Shown: piece after piece, positions 47,000 through 60,746 of the stretch | Numbering within the stretch: position 1 is the stretch's first letter | Layout: each line of letters starts with the position of its first letter | NCBI GenBank assembly: GCA_036867785.1 | Contig: CP145428.1 | Location: 186,001 to 250,000, forward strand | DNA length: 64,000 bases | Direction of reading: 5' to 3' | Source: Plasmodiophora brassicae | Lineage: Eukaryota | Notes under the pieces: model-generated | Databases searched by the model: none | What the model was told of the DNA's origin: nothing | What the model saw: the letters and a program-made list of their open reading frames with translations, nothing else | Made by a program: the position numbers and the translations under genes

Positions 47000-47813
47000 G
47001 CCGTTGCACGGGCTCCCCACGCGTACGTCCTGCTGAGCCACACCACGATGGCTCTTCCTTGGCTTGCTCGCCCAGCACGAAGCAGAGCAGGCGACATCCA
47101 CGACCGACGCCGGAAGGCGAACCGGCGGAACACTTGCTCGTTTGGAGTACGATGACGACGTCTTCTTCCCCTGCGGCGCAACGGCCCATCCGCCTGCTCT
47201 GTCGCAGATCGCGCCGTTGGTCCAGTCCTGAAGACAGACGAGCAGGTCGTGGCTGAAGCAGTCGTCGCAGATCAGTCGAGTGGCGACGATCAGCGCCAAC
47301 GTCTGCACCGCCACGACGACGAACCGCACCGAGGCCGCCATGGCGTAGAGCGACGTCAGCGCTGTGAACAGGTTGCCGCCAAACACAAACGCAAGCGTGG
47401 CGCGGTTGCCGTTATGGACCAGCGCCCGCCACAAACACCGGCCATAGTACGCGACCGCCGGTGTCGTCGTCACTGCCGACGCCACGACGTACGCAGACGC
47501 CATGTGCCCTCGCACCGCCGTCGATACGCTCATCAGCACCATCAGCATCAGGCACTGCCGTCGAACTGTACGATATCGCAAACGGGTCAGGCGATCCAAC
47601 GGGACCCGGCGCCGAAGGCCTACGTTCGCCTGGGTTGGCTGCGGTCCACCGCGCGTGTGCCTCCATGGCCCTCGTGACGACCTTGACCGGGTCGCCGTTC
47701 GTCGGCCGACACGACGTGAACGCGTCATAGGACGGCAGGCGGATCAGCGGGGTCGCGCTGTCGTAGAGCGGCTCGGCGGCGATCCGATCCCAGTACCGCA
47801 TGCCGTTCGACAT
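47000..47813 (-). CDS. Hypothetical multi-pass membrane protein
   Basis: Several hydrophobic segments in ORF 46973..47728 after an intron; 3' end uncertain. Confidence 0.45.
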
Positions 47814-47935
47814 CGACTGGTCGCATCGGCCGATGAATCCCGTATCCCGGTGCCGAATACATCAATGCGAGCGAAGAATCTTCGGCGGGCGGCACGTGCC
47901 AGGCGACACAGCCTCGGTCGACGATCGATACGACG

Positions 47936-49020
47936 ATGAGGCCTTCCCAGATCGACGTACCGGTACACCTGCTTCGACGCGACGCGCTGAACGGGATGTG
48001 ATGACCGCGCGTTGTACGTGTCAGGCTGTCGAACAGGACCAGCTGAGCCCATCGCCACGACGTCGCGATAGGCAGGTCAGCGATCGGGTCCAGCTGACCG
48101 AGGCGCTGGCCGGGCAGCTCCAGGAGCGGCTGGACGACGCCGAACGACGACTACGCGACAGCGAGGAGCAGATGGCGCGCGTTGCCGACCACCACGCCGC
48201 GGTCGTTGCCGAGCACAATCGGAAGGTCGCCGAGCTGAACGACGCGGTTGAAGATGGGCGGCGTGCGGTTGCCGACCTTCAGGGACGCCTGGACGAGGCC
48301 GTCAGGGACAGGGACGGGGCCCGCGACGAGCTCAGGGACTGCATCGCGAAATTGAACGCGCTGAAGGTGACGTCCGAGAAGGAGCTCGCCGCCCTGCTGC
48401 ATGCGGAGAAGGCCAAGACGAAGGCGGACACGCGGATGGACGAGCTCGCCCAGGCGAAGGCGGATGCCGAGCAGGACAACGAGCAGCTGCGAGCCAGGGT
48501 CAGCGCGCTGGAGCAGCGCAACCAGGAGCTGGAACAGCAGGTAGGGATCGCCCAGACGCAGGCCGGTGAGGCCAATGACAAGGTCGGGCGCTTGGCTGGC
48601 CAGCTTGCAGCCAGCGACAAGGAGTTCGAGGCAGCGCTGGCCAAGGCCGATCGATTGCGGACGGAATTGCAATCGAAGCTGGACGCAGCCGCAGCGGAAT
48701 CATCACGGCTGGCTGCCCAGCTGGGGAGGGCGGACGCTGAGAAGAAGGAGCTGGCGGGGCGCCTGCAGACCGCCGAAGCGGAACGCGACGAGGCGGGCAG
48801 CAAACTCGCGACCGCTGTGACGACACTGGAGGACAAGTTGTCGTCCAGCGAGGCACGACACCAGGCCAGGATAAACGAGATGCAGGCCGCGATGCTGCAG
48901 GACCAGAAGGACCTGCAGCAGAGGCACGCTGCTGACCTCGAACAGCTCCGCATCAGCCATATCCAGGAGGCGCAGCCGCACGTCCCACACCGCGACCGGC
49001 AATACATGTACGGGTTCTGA
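47936..49020 (+). CDS. Coiled-coil protein
   Basis: Long heptad-rich ORF; probable ATG 47936 with one intron before AVEQDQ. Confidence 0.65.
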
Positions 49021-49225
49021 GCGGTCGCAGCTAATAGCCTCCTCGCCTTTACGACGGGACGGAGAGATAGATGCTCCAATGTGTGTTTGTATTCGCCGTC
49101 CTGACAGTGACGGAGCTGCGTCGGCGCGCGGACTCCGCCGATGCGTCCTGCGCGCGCGACACGGTCAGCCGTTGTGACCGGTTGAGTGACGAACGCCCCT
49201 CCTTAATAGTTGTCGTCGGGGCGTC

Positions 49226-49942
49226 ATGGGCGGCCACGGCGGCCTGAACATCCTGCCGCAGAAATCATGGAACGTCTACGGGGTTCGCCAGCAGAACAAG
49301 GTCAAGGAGGACGAGCGGCGGTTCGCCGAGGAGCAGGCCGGCGCGGAACGCGACGCCCGTCGCGCGGCGCAGTCGGCGCGTCTCGCCGCGCTGCGATCGA
49401 CGCAGGCGCCGTCCGACGCGTCGCCGACGCGGTTCAGCCTGTTCGCCGACGAGGAACGAAGCGCGGCCGAGTACGAGCGCAAACGCGTGCAGGCGGCCCG
49501 CGAGCTGGCCGAGAAGGAGAAGGGCACGCTGTACCTGGGCGGGCGTCGCGCCCCGCCGCCTTGGTACAGCCGGTTGCAGGCGCCGCCGACGACCGGCGAC
49601 GATGCGCCACCCGCCCGCCGCAGGGGCGACGACGACCCCATGGTGCTGGTCAACACGCTGCTCAGCGGGGCGGACGCCGCTCCGAAGAAGCGGAAGAAGG
49701 AGCGGCACCGTCATCGCCCGTCCAAGGCAGACGCTGACGCCGACGAGCGGGGTCGGAAGCGCGGGAAGGTCGACTACGCGGCGCTTCGTGCCGAGCGGGT
49801 TCACCGGGAGGCGTCCGAGTCGGCGCGTGCGGAACGGCACGCCCGACGACGACGACGACCGGACGACGACGACGACGACGAGAAGGACGGTACCGAGTAC
49901 CATTCCGGGTACCTGCGAGAGATCCGGAAGGGGCGCTGGTGA
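49226..49942 (+). CDS. LENG1-like / CIR N-terminal domain protein
   Basis: MGGHGGLNILPQKSWNVY...NKVKEDE; LRAERVHREASE. Confidence 0.85.
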   Translation: MGGHGGLNILPQKSWNVYGVRQQNKVKEDERRFAEEQAGAERDARRAAQSARLAALRSTQAPSDASPTRFSLFADEERSAAEYERKRVQAARELAEKEKGTLYLGGRRAPPPWYSRLQAPPTTGDDAPPARRRGDDDPMVLVNTLLSGADAAPKKRKKERHRHRPSKADADADERGRKRGKVDYAALRAERVHREASESARAERHARRRRRPDDDDDDEKDGTEYHSGYLREIRKGRW

Positions 49943-49991
49943 TGGTGGGCAACGACGACCCATCGTCTGTAGTATCGCTGCCTCCGCCCGA

Positions 49992-52900
49992 CTATAAATT
50001 ATGACGCGCGGCCGTCGTCGTCTCGACGAAGCGGATGCCCCGGTCGGCGGCCATGTCCAGCACCGGGTTGTAGACGTCGGGCGTGGTGGGCTTCACGACG
50101 CCCCGCTTGGCGACGCCGCCGTCCAGGACCAGGCGGGCGGCCAGCGCGGCCGTCACGCCCACCGTCTGAGCCTACGTCGTAGCGTGATGAGATCGGGTGA
50201 TTGGCGTGGCGCCCCGAAACGTGCAGACCATGGCGCTGTCGCCGAACGGGTTGCCGTACTGGACCAACGTCGACACCTTCGTGACGGGCGACGTCGTGCC
50301 GCCGTGCGGCGCGACCGAGAGCCGGTGCTGGAGGATCACCTGACGGCACGGTTCAGACACACGCGACGACGACCGCAGCGGACCGACCAGGTCGCGTTCG
50401 TTGGGCCCGAACGAGAGCCTGGGACGCAGCACGGCGACGAACGCGTCCAGGACGGTGCCGTCGCGGGCATCGACGCGGGCGCCGCTGTCCAGCATGCCGA
50501 GCCAGCGCAGCGCCGACACGCAGCGCCCGGCATCGTCCGCCGACACGCCCCTGCTCTCGAGGAACGACGCCAGATCGGCGGACGCGGTCAGCCTCGACAG
50601 GAGCGCCGGCCAGGTCCCGTCGAGGTCCGCCCGCGCCTCGCTGGACAGCAGCCCCAGCTGCGCCATGCAGTACAGCAGCGACGAGTACCCCGCGTAGCGA
50701 ATCGTGCCACCTGACGAGCAGCCGTCAGCACGCGATGGCTCGACACGTGACCCCAGACGCAGGGTACGGTAGAACGACTGGACCGACTCCTCGACGCCGT
50801 ACTCGCTCTCGTATATCAGGCTGTTACGGTTCGGCGTGTGCTCCAGCCGGAGCGCTGGCGATAAGTGCAACGGGCGGCTGGCTCGCAGCAAGTCCTTCCC
50901 CTCGACGGCGATGACCTGTGTGGCACACGCACCCCGGTAAGACGCGCGCCCGTGCACGTGCGATACGCACCGCACCTCGCCATTCTGTCGGTACACCGCC
51001 GCGTTGAGCGCCGCCAGGAGCGCACCTCTCGGTGACCAGCTGAACTTGTACATGAACGGGTTGTCGGCGGCTTCCGGAGCGGGAAGGCCTGCCGACACCC
51101 GCGCATTACGATCGAGCACGGCGGCGCGTACGTTGACGTACCTCCGCACGTGGATTCGAAGGATACAACGCTGCCACCCGTGCCCTTGATTTCGTCGATC
51201 ATCTTCATGGCGCTCATGTGGTCGAGCCCGGGATCCAGACCTGCGCCGACGACACATTCGGTTGGATGAGGTGCGCACCCACGACACAAGCGACGTCCCC
51301 GACCGCATTCGTTCAGCACGACGATTCCTAGACGACGATTGCGGTCAGCGGCAGGCGTTCCGATGCGCGCTCCATGTTGCCCCACTGACCTGCCTCCTGT
51401 GCAGCCGTATGCAGTTTCGCCAGCTCGGGCGACACGTAGCTGGCCGTAATCATATCCGTTCGCACGTCGATACAGAGGCGCGCGACCTTCGCATGCAGGT
51501 GAGCTGGTAGCAGGCTGATGACGGCGGCGCCTCCTTGGACGAGCTTCCGAATGTCGCGTTCTACGCAGACGGGGGGCGGATTAGGCACACCGCCCGATTG
51601 ACGCGACTGGGGTCCTCACCAAAGTCGTCAGCATCGATCTGCACGGCGGCCACTCGCGATCGTTTAGAGCGGCGCGCCAGTGCTTCCGCCTGCTGGAGGT
51701 TGTCGCTCCCGATGACCAGCTCAATGTCGTCGTAGCTGGTCAGGACGTCGACGCAGGGGCCGGCGACGAGTCCGGACCCCAGCAGAACGACCCGCTTCTT
51801 GACTGCGGGGATCGAGGCGGGCATTGCCTGACAATGGAAGCCGGTTAGAAGACGGGCCGGGCGACGCTGCCCAAACGATCCACACCGGGGCACGGGACGA
51901 GGCCGCCCTCCCGTTCGACGGCAGGGCGGTCACGACGGCTTCGGCGCTGGGCAAACTTTCGGCCAGCTGGGTGACCCGGGCGCTCATGGCGGCGATATGC
52001 TCGCTGTCGTGGCCGCTGATCTCGACGACCGCATTGCTCTTTCGGCTCATGCGCGGGCGGTTCGAGTCAACGGCCATCTGGTGGATGGTCAGGCCTCCGC
52101 CGCACAGCTCGATCACATCCAGGACTCGGTTGATCAGGCCCGTGTCGAACAGGTGGCCTGGCAATGCGAACCATGAACCGGGAGGGCCGACAGCGATCCC
52201 CAGCGACGCCGACCTGTGATGGACAGTACGGCGGACGCATGCGGTTTGGGCGGGCGCGACGACTCCATCGACCGGCGCAGCTCGCTGATGTAGTCGTACT
52301 CGTGGCACAACGCACCGTTCGACGTGATGCAGGCGGCGCGTAACTCGTCCGGCAGGGCGCACTCGTCAAACGGCTGGTCGGCCGCGCAGGTGGACAGCAC
52401 CGACGCGAAGTCCACCAGCGCCGAGCTGAAGTGGCCGGACGCCTCGCGCGGGAGCTCTGCGGGAAGGTTGTCGACGGCCAGCAACAGGACGCCGTCGTCG
52501 TTCAGGTCGGTGGTCGTCGTGCCCGACGACGGGTTGTACACGACGAACGGGTCGTCGATTGTCGTCGCCTTCTCCAGGAACTGGATGGACCCGCCAATGT
52601 CGCACGAGATGTCGGCGATGGCAGCGAGGTTCCGGGTCGGCGAGTCCTTCAACTGCTCAGCAGTCAGGAGGCGCGGGAACCGGTGGTCCCAGTAGATGCC
52701 GTTGACCAGCACCGTGATGTTCGGAAGGACACGCTCGTGGAACATGGGGCGGTACAGGTGCGGGTTCTCGTAGTAATGCTCGCGGTCGAACGTGGCCCCC
52801 GCTGAGAACACAACGCATGAGATGGTCGAACCAGGACGGAACGGCACGCCGTACGTTCGACAGGAGCCACCAGGTCCGAGGTCTTGAGGTGGACACCGTA

Positions 52901-53759
52901 CACTTTGTGTGGGTCGGCGTTCCCCCGGGCGCGAAGATGAGCAAGGTCGTCCACGTCGACGTACTCGTGTGGCAGCAGCTTGAATATGTCCATGGCGCCC
53001 TGCGTGACGTTGCCCGCGCCCGTGAAGGCGAACGTCAGCGGGGTCAGCGCCTTCGGCAGGCCTACGCGGGCAACCTCGCGCCCAGCAGCAACCACGTTCT
53101 CCTTGGCTTGATCCAAGCTGGCGTGCATGTAGGCGGACGGCATCGCCAGGAACGGCGTCGACATGCCCATCGTCAGGAACCGGTGGCCGCAACCTCGCAG
53201 GATGTCAATCATGCCGGCATTGCCGGCGAACCTGCCGAACGCCACCAGGCGCGTGCTCGTCGCCGGATCCCGAATGCATTCGTAGTCGAACAGGCGGACG
53301 TTCTTCGCCAGGCACGCGTCCAGGAACGGCATATTATCCGGCTGCGCTTTGATCACGTGCGAGAAGATCACGTAGTTCCTACCAGGAATCAGGTTGTCAG
53401 CCGGGACCTCCTTCACGCCAAAGATCGTGTTGGCGGCCGTTAAGTCATTCGTGATGACAGCACCCGCCTCTCGGTACTCAACGTCTTTGAACACGCGCCT
53501 AGACAACGTTGGGCATGAACGGCACACACCGACGTACGCTCGGGATGCAACCTTTCGGAAGGTTGAACGAGGACGTCGATGCCGCTGGCGACAAGCGCGG
53601 CAACGTCCTTCGGTATCAGCGGGGCTCGTCGCTCCCTACGTACCCGGCAATCGTCAAATCGTTCCACGACGACGATTGCGCCCCCCCCCCCCGCGGCTAC
53701 CATTGGTTCTTGACCTCGCGCAGGATGCCGATGCAGGGTCGCCGCCCGTGACGCGTCAT
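49992..53759 (-). CDS. AASS: Bifunctional lysine-ketoglutarate reductase / saccharopine dehydrogenase (multi-exon)
   Basis: IGILRE.KNQWERRAPL, FSHVIKAQ, AIADISCDIGGS, DNLPAELPREAS, GHLFDTGLIN linker, LLGSGLVA, GLDPGLDHMSA, YKFSWSPRG. Confidence 0.95.
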
Positions 53760-54095
53760 GGAACAATGGCCGTCACCGGCGACGTCCACTTTAAACAGAG
53801 TGACGCGTTTTGTTGCCCCTCAGTGGGGATTTTTTGTACGACACGCGCGATTTGATTCGCGCCCCCAAAAATAGACGGCAGTGTCGTTCCGCACCGGCCC
53901 GGCCGTTCCTCCCCACATACTCGGAACGCCACACACACACACTGCGCATATAGCACTCGATCGGCCTCGTGGTGCCGCTACGAAGCTGTCGGCCGCAACC
54001 GCATCGCGCGCGATCGTGAACCATTGCCGTTTCTCTAAACCTTTATCTTAACAGACATACCTGGCACTGCTGCTGGGACCACCGCACGATGGGGG

Positions 54096-54923
54096 TCACA
54101 CCGCAGCGATCGTGAAGCAGATAGCGCCAAACGCGATCATGATCGAGGGGAGCAGCGAGGAAGAAGAGTTTGGGGAGTTGCGTCGCTTCCGTTTCGCGGG
54201 CTCGGATGACGTCGGCGCTGCCGCCGCCGCCGCCGGCGTCTGCTGTTGGGCTGGCTGAACCGCCCACGGTTGCTGGCAATTGTTCAGCGCGGTGATGTGC
54301 GCGACGATCTGTTTCGGCGTGTGGGCGTCCGTGAAGCGTTCCCAAGTGTTGGCCTTGGCGAAAAAGTAGAACTCGTGATGGTCCCCTTTGCGGGTGCGCG
54401 CGAACATGAAATCCCTGCCCGAGCACGCCATTTCGGTCACCGTTTGATACCCGAAGCTCGGGGAATTGTCCTCATCGAATCGTCCTTTACAGAGCGAGAT
54501 CGTCTTCCCGACGCGCTCGTGAATCTTCAGGCAGTTATCCGTCGTTAGCGTAACGTGTGTGAAACTCGGCTCCTCGAGCGTAGCACGTGACAGCTGTTGC
54601 CCTCCGCTACCGTACTCGATCCTGTCGAAGCCGCGGTACACGATCAAGGTGGAAAAGTCACCAGACCCTCGCTGGCTGTCGGATACACTGATGAACGCTC
54701 CGGCGACGTGCCCGCTCGACGTTGAGTAGAGCGACCATAGCTGGCCGGTCCACAGCGACCGTAGCGTGCCCGACACGAATTCCGACCCGGGCAGCGCACG
54801 CCAGATGCGGCCCGGTAGGTGCGAAAACCATTCCGCCCACCCCTCAGCGCGCTTGTTGGCGGCGTCCACTCCCGCAAGGCACGATGACGCAATCACGATC
54901 GCCAGAAGGACACGGACGCGCAT
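54096..54923 (-). CDS. Secreted protein with C-terminal hydrophobic (GPI/TM) tail
   Basis: Signal peptide MRVRVLLAIVIASSCLAG; terminal LLPSIMIAFGAICFTIAAV; intronless. Confidence 0.7.
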   Translation of the reverse strand: MRVRVLLAIVIASSCLAGVDAANKRAEGWAEWFSHLPGRIWRALPGSEFVSGTLRSLWTGQLWSLYSTSSGHVAGAFISVSDSQRGSGDFSTLIVYRGFDRIEYGSGGQQLSRATLEEPSFTHVTLTTDNCLKIHERVGKTISLCKGRFDEDNSPSFGYQTVTEMACSGRDFMFARTRKGDHHEFYFFAKANTWERFTDAHTPKQIVAHITALNNCQQPWAVQPAQQQTPAAAAAAPTSSEPAKRKRRNSPNSSSSLLPSIMIAFGAICFTIAAV

Positions 54924-55524
54924 CGGTTCGTTCGTGCCGCACGTGTGCGTGCTCCAGCGCGCTCGAATCAGTCAGCCGTGCGCGTCCATCCAAATATAGC
55001 AACGGAGGCCCCGCACAACTGCAGCGAACTCCCGTCGTTCGATGCGCACTTGACGTTCGGCCTTGCCTGTAACTTGTTCCAGGTTTACCGTAGGAGGTGG
55101 CCTGCAGTGGGCCACTCGGCAAGCGCGTCAGCGGGGAGCGGAAGCGTTCTGCAAATAAATTCGCCGGGATCCGGTCATGGGCTGTTGTTGCCTGGTGACA
55201 GTGTTCAGCAGGCTGCATGGGCAGTCCGATGCGGGCCCTGCTGTCGGGCGTCGCCGCCCGTTGCGGTTGGCTCTGACGACCCCGACCGCGCCCGGAAGTC
55301 GCCAATCACGTCGGTTGACGACAACGACAATTCGAACGCATCGCATACAGACTGTGACGGCGTCGCCACCGAGCAGCACAACAGCCTGCCAGCAATGCCT
55401 CGTCGCAGTAGATAGTGCTGCACAAGACGGAACCGCCACGGCGTCCGCCGCGCCGTGTGTTGCGTTTCTGGCGGCAAAGGGCGCCCGCCAGTCCGTCGGC
55501 CGATCCGTCGCGGCGCGGGGCATC

Positions 55525-56178
55525 ATGTCGATCGCGAGGTCGCGCCTGGCAGAGGAGCGCAAGGTCGGTTGGGAGGGGGGCGTGACCCGATGCGGAACGC
55601 TGACTGGCTGGCGTGGTGGCTGCAGGCCTGGCGGAAATCGCACCCGCACGGGTTCTTCGCGCGCCCCGATCGCAACCCGGATGGGTCCACCAACATCCTC
55701 CGATGGGTTTGCGGCATTCCAGGCAGGCAGGGCGTACGAGTTTCCGATTCCATCGTGCCTGGGCGTCCGTTTGGTTTTAATGCGTTCGCGCACAGACGGA
55801 CTGGGAAGGCGGCGTCTACAACGTCGTCGTGCAATTCACGGAGGACTACCCGATGAAGCCACCGAAATGCCAATTCGAGCCTCCGATCTTCCACCCGAAT
55901 ATCTGTTCGTCCGCATCTACGTTCGGTCGGGCGCCTCGTTAACATGTACCGCAGATCCATCGGGGACCGTCTGCCTGTCGATTCTCAGCGAGGACAAGGA
56001 CTGGAAGCCGTCCATCAGCCTGAAGGAGATCCTGCTCGGCATCCAGGCGCTGCTGAACGAGCCGAACAACAACGACCCGGCGAACGAGGCGCCGTACCAG
56101 CTGTACCGGACGAACAGGAAGGCGTATGCGGAGCGAATCAAGGCGCAGGCACTGAAGTTTGCGCCAAAGTTCGACTGA
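55525..56178 (+). CDS. UBC9: SUMO-conjugating enzyme Ubc9
   Basis: [53 protein letters not shown]; three introns. Confidence 0.95.
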   Translation: MSIARSRLAEERKVGWEGGVTRCGTLTGWRGGCRPGGNRTRTGSSRAPIATRMGPPTSSDGFAAFQAGRAYEFPIPSCLGVRLVLMRSRTDGLGRRRLQRRRAIHGGLPDEATEMPIRASDLPPEYLFVRIYVRSGASLTCTADPSGTVCLSILSEDKDWKPSISLKEILLGIQALLNEPNNNDPANEAPYQLYRTNRKAYAERIKAQALKFAPKFD

Positions 56179-56300
56179 GACGACGGGACGTTGCTGACTG
56201 ATTCGAATACAGTCCGGTCGGGCATGTCACGGGCACAAGCACTGCCCCTGCCTGCGATCCACCAGGCGTACCCGCCTGATCGTTAGTGCGGTGGTCGGTC

Positions 56301-58641
56301 ATGTTGGCCGGCGCTAGCCGGACCTCGCGGGTCGCCCCTGAGATCAGTCGTTCCGCTAGGGAACGCATCACCGACACCCTTGACGAGATCGACGATGATC
56401 GCTGGACAACCATCGTGTCGTACGGCACGTCGTTCACGCTGATGATGGCGCACGTCGTCGACATGGTCCGGTTCAGCAATGTCGAAATGGAGCGCGACTT
56501 CACCGAGGAGAACATCACGAAGCACCTGCCCAGCAGCCAAGCGCGTCTCGTCGTCGTCCTCGTCGTTGTCGTCATCGTTGAGGCATGCATCATGGCTGGC
56601 CGTGGTCAGATGATCCAGCTCGGCATCGCCTGCGCCCTGATCGCCATCAACGCTGCCAGTTACTTTGCCAGACATTACGTCGATGTTCGACACTTTGCCG
56701 TCGTCTGCACTGTGGTCAGCCTCGTCGCCGCGATCATGGTCGCGTTCGCGCCTGCCGATGTCAACAGCAAGTGGCCGATGGGGCTGCTCCTCGCTGTCCT
56801 CGGCCTGTCCTCCGTCCTAATCCGCATGCGCCTGCTGTACTTCATCGCGATCACGTTGGGCACGATCGTGACGTTCGTCGCGTTGACGTACCACGACCTG
56901 GCGGGCGCTGCCCTGCTCACCGTCATCTCCGTCATCTTCCTGATCGGCGCGTTCCGCAACGAGGCCTGGCTTCGTAGCGAGTTCCTGCAGAAGAGCGCCG
57001 TCGAGAACGAGAACAGGATCCTGAAGATGCGCCTGGAGCGCCTGAACCAGGCGCCGGTGTCGTCCCCGCTCGAGCACGTCGTCACCGTCCTTCGTAGGCC
57101 TGCGTCGCGCCCTCCGGGTTCCGTCCGCCCTAACGTTTGACCGCAGGGGCCCTGCTGCACAGCAAGTATAACGTGCCGCCCGTGGTCGAAGATCGCATCA
57201 AGTCGGTGATCGAGATGCTGTCGATGGACCCGGAATCGCTGTTGCGGCCGTCGTTCACCGACCAGAGCGAGGACAACAGGCGCCTGCTCGGGTCGCTGAT
57301 CCTGGGGACGTCCGAGCGCAAGGTCGGGTCGGCGACGTCGCGGCCGCACGTCCTGGTGCATCAGGTGTCCATGGCGCACCTGCAGCAGTTCCAGGCGTCG
57401 GTGGACAGGTCGGCGTCGTCGAGGCACCAGTCGGGGATCCACATGCTGGAGCGGACGAACTCGAAACGGGCGCTGGCCGACAGCAGCATCGTGAACGCGA
57501 CGATCGAGATCGAGCTGAGCAAGCAGATCTCCGCGCGGTCCTGGAACATTGACCTGATCGACATGAACGCCAGGACCGGCGGCCACGTCCTGTCCCTGGT
57601 CGCCAAAGTCCTGTTCGACAAGCGCGACCTGTTCAAGACGCTGAAGATCGACCCGGTGGTCGCCAGGAACTTCTTCGGCGAGGTCGAGAGCAGGTACAAG
57701 CCCGTGCCGTACCACTGCGCCTCCCACGGTACGTACGCGGCCCATGTCGCATTCGCTCGGATGACGGTCGTCGGCAGGCGCCGAGGTCGCGTACTCGTTC
57801 TACCACCTGCTGGTGACCAGCAGGCAGCTACAGAGCCTGGAGTCCCTGGAGGTCATGTCGGCGCTGATCGCCTGCCTGGGCCACGACATCGGCCACCCTG
57901 GGTTCAACAACGCGTTCATGGTGGCGACGTCGTCGGACGTGGCGTTGCTGTGTACGCTGGTGCGTCGTCGGCGACCTCGGGCCATCGCTGAACCGCGTCC
58001 CAGATAACGACATGTCGGTGCTGGAGAACTTCCACATTGCCGAGCTGTTCCGAGTCATGTCGTTGCCGAAGCACAACATCCTGGCGTCGCTGTCCAAAAC
58101 GCAGTACCGGGTGGCTCGCCAGATCATCATCGACGTGATCATGGCCACCGACCTCGGCAGGCACTTCGACGTCCTGTCGAGCGTGCGCGCCAAGATCGCG
58201 CTGGCGCCTCCGGGCGACGAAGCGACCGTCGTCAACTTCTTCGAGAAGGACGTCACCCTGATGCTGAAGCTGGTGGTCAAGCTCGCCGACCTGTCGCACT
58301 TCGCGAAGGACCACGAGATCCACATGAAGTGGAATTCGCTGCTGCTGGAAGAGTTCTACGCGCAGGGCGACCAGGAGCGCACGCTGGGCCTGCAGGTGTC
58401 CCCGCTCATGGACCGCAACGAACGGGAGTACTGCCTGGGGAAGAACCAGAACGCGTTCATCGACCTGATCGTCCGGCCCCTCTACGAATGCGCTAACGTC
58501 GTCCTGTTCGGCATGACGCCCATCGTCAGCGAGCTCAACAGCACGGTCGCATACTGGGCCAGGTACGTAGACCGGCCCAAGTCCCTTGGGCTGGGCGGCG
58601 AACCACCACCCAAACTCACCAGAGACGGCTCGAATATATAA
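56301..58641 (+). CDS. Class I cyclic nucleotide phosphodiesterase with N-terminal TM segments
   Basis: PYHCASH, GHDIGHPGFNN, SVLENFH, IMATDL, KLADLS, EEFYAQGDQE; several TM helices upstream. Confidence 0.93.
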
Positions 58642-60746
58642 CCCCATCGATAGAAGGCCATAAAGCCCATGATCAGGATACATTCGGCCACAAGCGCTGC
58701 TGGAACCACTCGGCGCCATATGGGTCGGCCAACCCGCCACACAAATCGACGGTCATTGCTTCGTCTGGGACAGGTTGGCCCTGTAAATGAACACGACATG
58801 CCGACGGCGGTCGCCATGATCATGGCTCTACAAGCACCATCGATCAGCAGCGCGCGCCACGCCGTCGCTGCCATCGCCGTCGCGCGAATATTCTCGACGT
58901 ACACGTTGGGGACCCAGGCGATTGTCCCGACGTCGGCGAACGACAACAATAATAATTCTATTCGGACGAAAAACCATTGCAGACGCGGTCTGTGCCAAAT
59001 CCCGCAGCGTTTGTGCCTTGTTCCTGAACCGCGCAGTTTTTGACGTCGTCGCAAGACGATCCATCCCGCGCCAATGACCGACGCCGCCTTTGCCTTGTTC
59101 CAGCAGGCTCACGCCGCCGCCGCGGCCGCGCGCAAGGCGTACGACGACGCCTGCGATGCGGACGCGAGTGATTCGCGTCTGGCCTTGCTGCGCGAGCGTG
59201 CGGAGCACGCTGAGCGTGCGCGGGATGTTGCCCGCGATGTCTACGTAGCGTCACGCGGCCCGTCCAGCGGTACGTATCGGCTCGGCTTCTACTGGATTTT
59301 TTTTATTGCGTTGATTGAACTTCTAGATGACTCGACGCTGATAGTAGGCGATTGGTTTCTGGTCGCTGCAAGAGACGTGATTGCTCATGCATATGCTCTG
59401 TTTCGACATCCAGGGCCGGATCGGCCACAATTGGGGTCCTCTGCTAATAGTCCTGAACGGCGTCATCGCCAACACGCATCCGAACTCGGCCGTACGAATT
59501 GTGCTGACATTATTCGCGAAAATTTGTCTGATCTTAAAACGTGCAGCAATATCTGTCAGGGACGATAGGAACAGTCGCGCTGTTCCTGTTCCTTTATCGG
59601 GTGTGCAAACGGCGCCGTTGAGGGCAGTCGAGCTGCGCCATCGCGCCAATCGCCCTTCGCCTCAAGATTACAAACATCATCAATAGTATAATTTCGGTTT
59701 TGTTCCAACGGCTCTGGTTCTGCCGCCTCAATCAAACGCCAACTCTCCTACAGTATGCACGATAGGAAGGTAGAAAAAGATTTATTTTTGTTGTATTACG
59801 ACATTTGAAGCGACCGGTAACGGGAGCTCGGACGAAATTGTCGGAGCAGGAGCGCATGCTGTCCATCGGGCTCTCACACTCGTAGGATTCGTGCCATAAA
59901 CTGTCACATTGAAATTGGCCTCATCATGCCTTCCATCGATCTCCACCGGTGAGCTAAACGGTTGAGTTATAAAAATTTCGTCAATTGTGGCAGGGCATTT
60001 ATTAGTGGTATATCATTTTCTGTGTCTAGCCACGTTCTGAACCGCTGTCATTATTGCAAGCATTGACATGCGTTTGTGACGTCCTCGATGACTGATGGCG
60101 AATGACATGATCGACAAAATCTGGTCACGAGGCGGCGCGTCACGGCACGCGGGTTCGCCAACGTCTCCATCAACATGACTAGATCTGCGGTGACATCTGT
60201 AAGTTCCGGCGACAGCCGTGCGAAAAATCAGCTACAAACCGTGCGCGACAATATTGAACACGCAGTCGAGGTGCATCCGGTCCTGGCTACGCTCGAACAT
60301 GTCTCGAACCTCGACGACGTATCGCGTACCGACCCAGTCATGGTCGAGCAATTGCTGGACAGCCTGCGTTGATTGATGAGCCAAAGCTTAACAGACAGGA
60401 CATTGTGTCAGTCGCACGAGTGGGTTGGTACGAAGGCCTGTGCCGATAAAGCATGTATCACCGGCCATGAAAAAGTCGCCGCCCTCGAGCGTGGCAGGCG
60501 CCGCGATGCGACCAAGCACGCGTGCCTGCAGGATTTCCATCACCTCAACCATAAGATCGACCTCGCCGGCACGTTGCGGAGATGTATAAACATACTGAGC
60601 GTTGTGCCAGTGGCGTTTTTTGCGACCTCAGTTGAATCGCAAAAACAACGCCGACAAACGTTCCAAACGTTGCGCCTGTTTTTTTTTGCGCACCAGGTGC
60701 TTTCGTCTAAACGACTGCGACGAAGGTTCAGCCCAGACAGGCAGCG

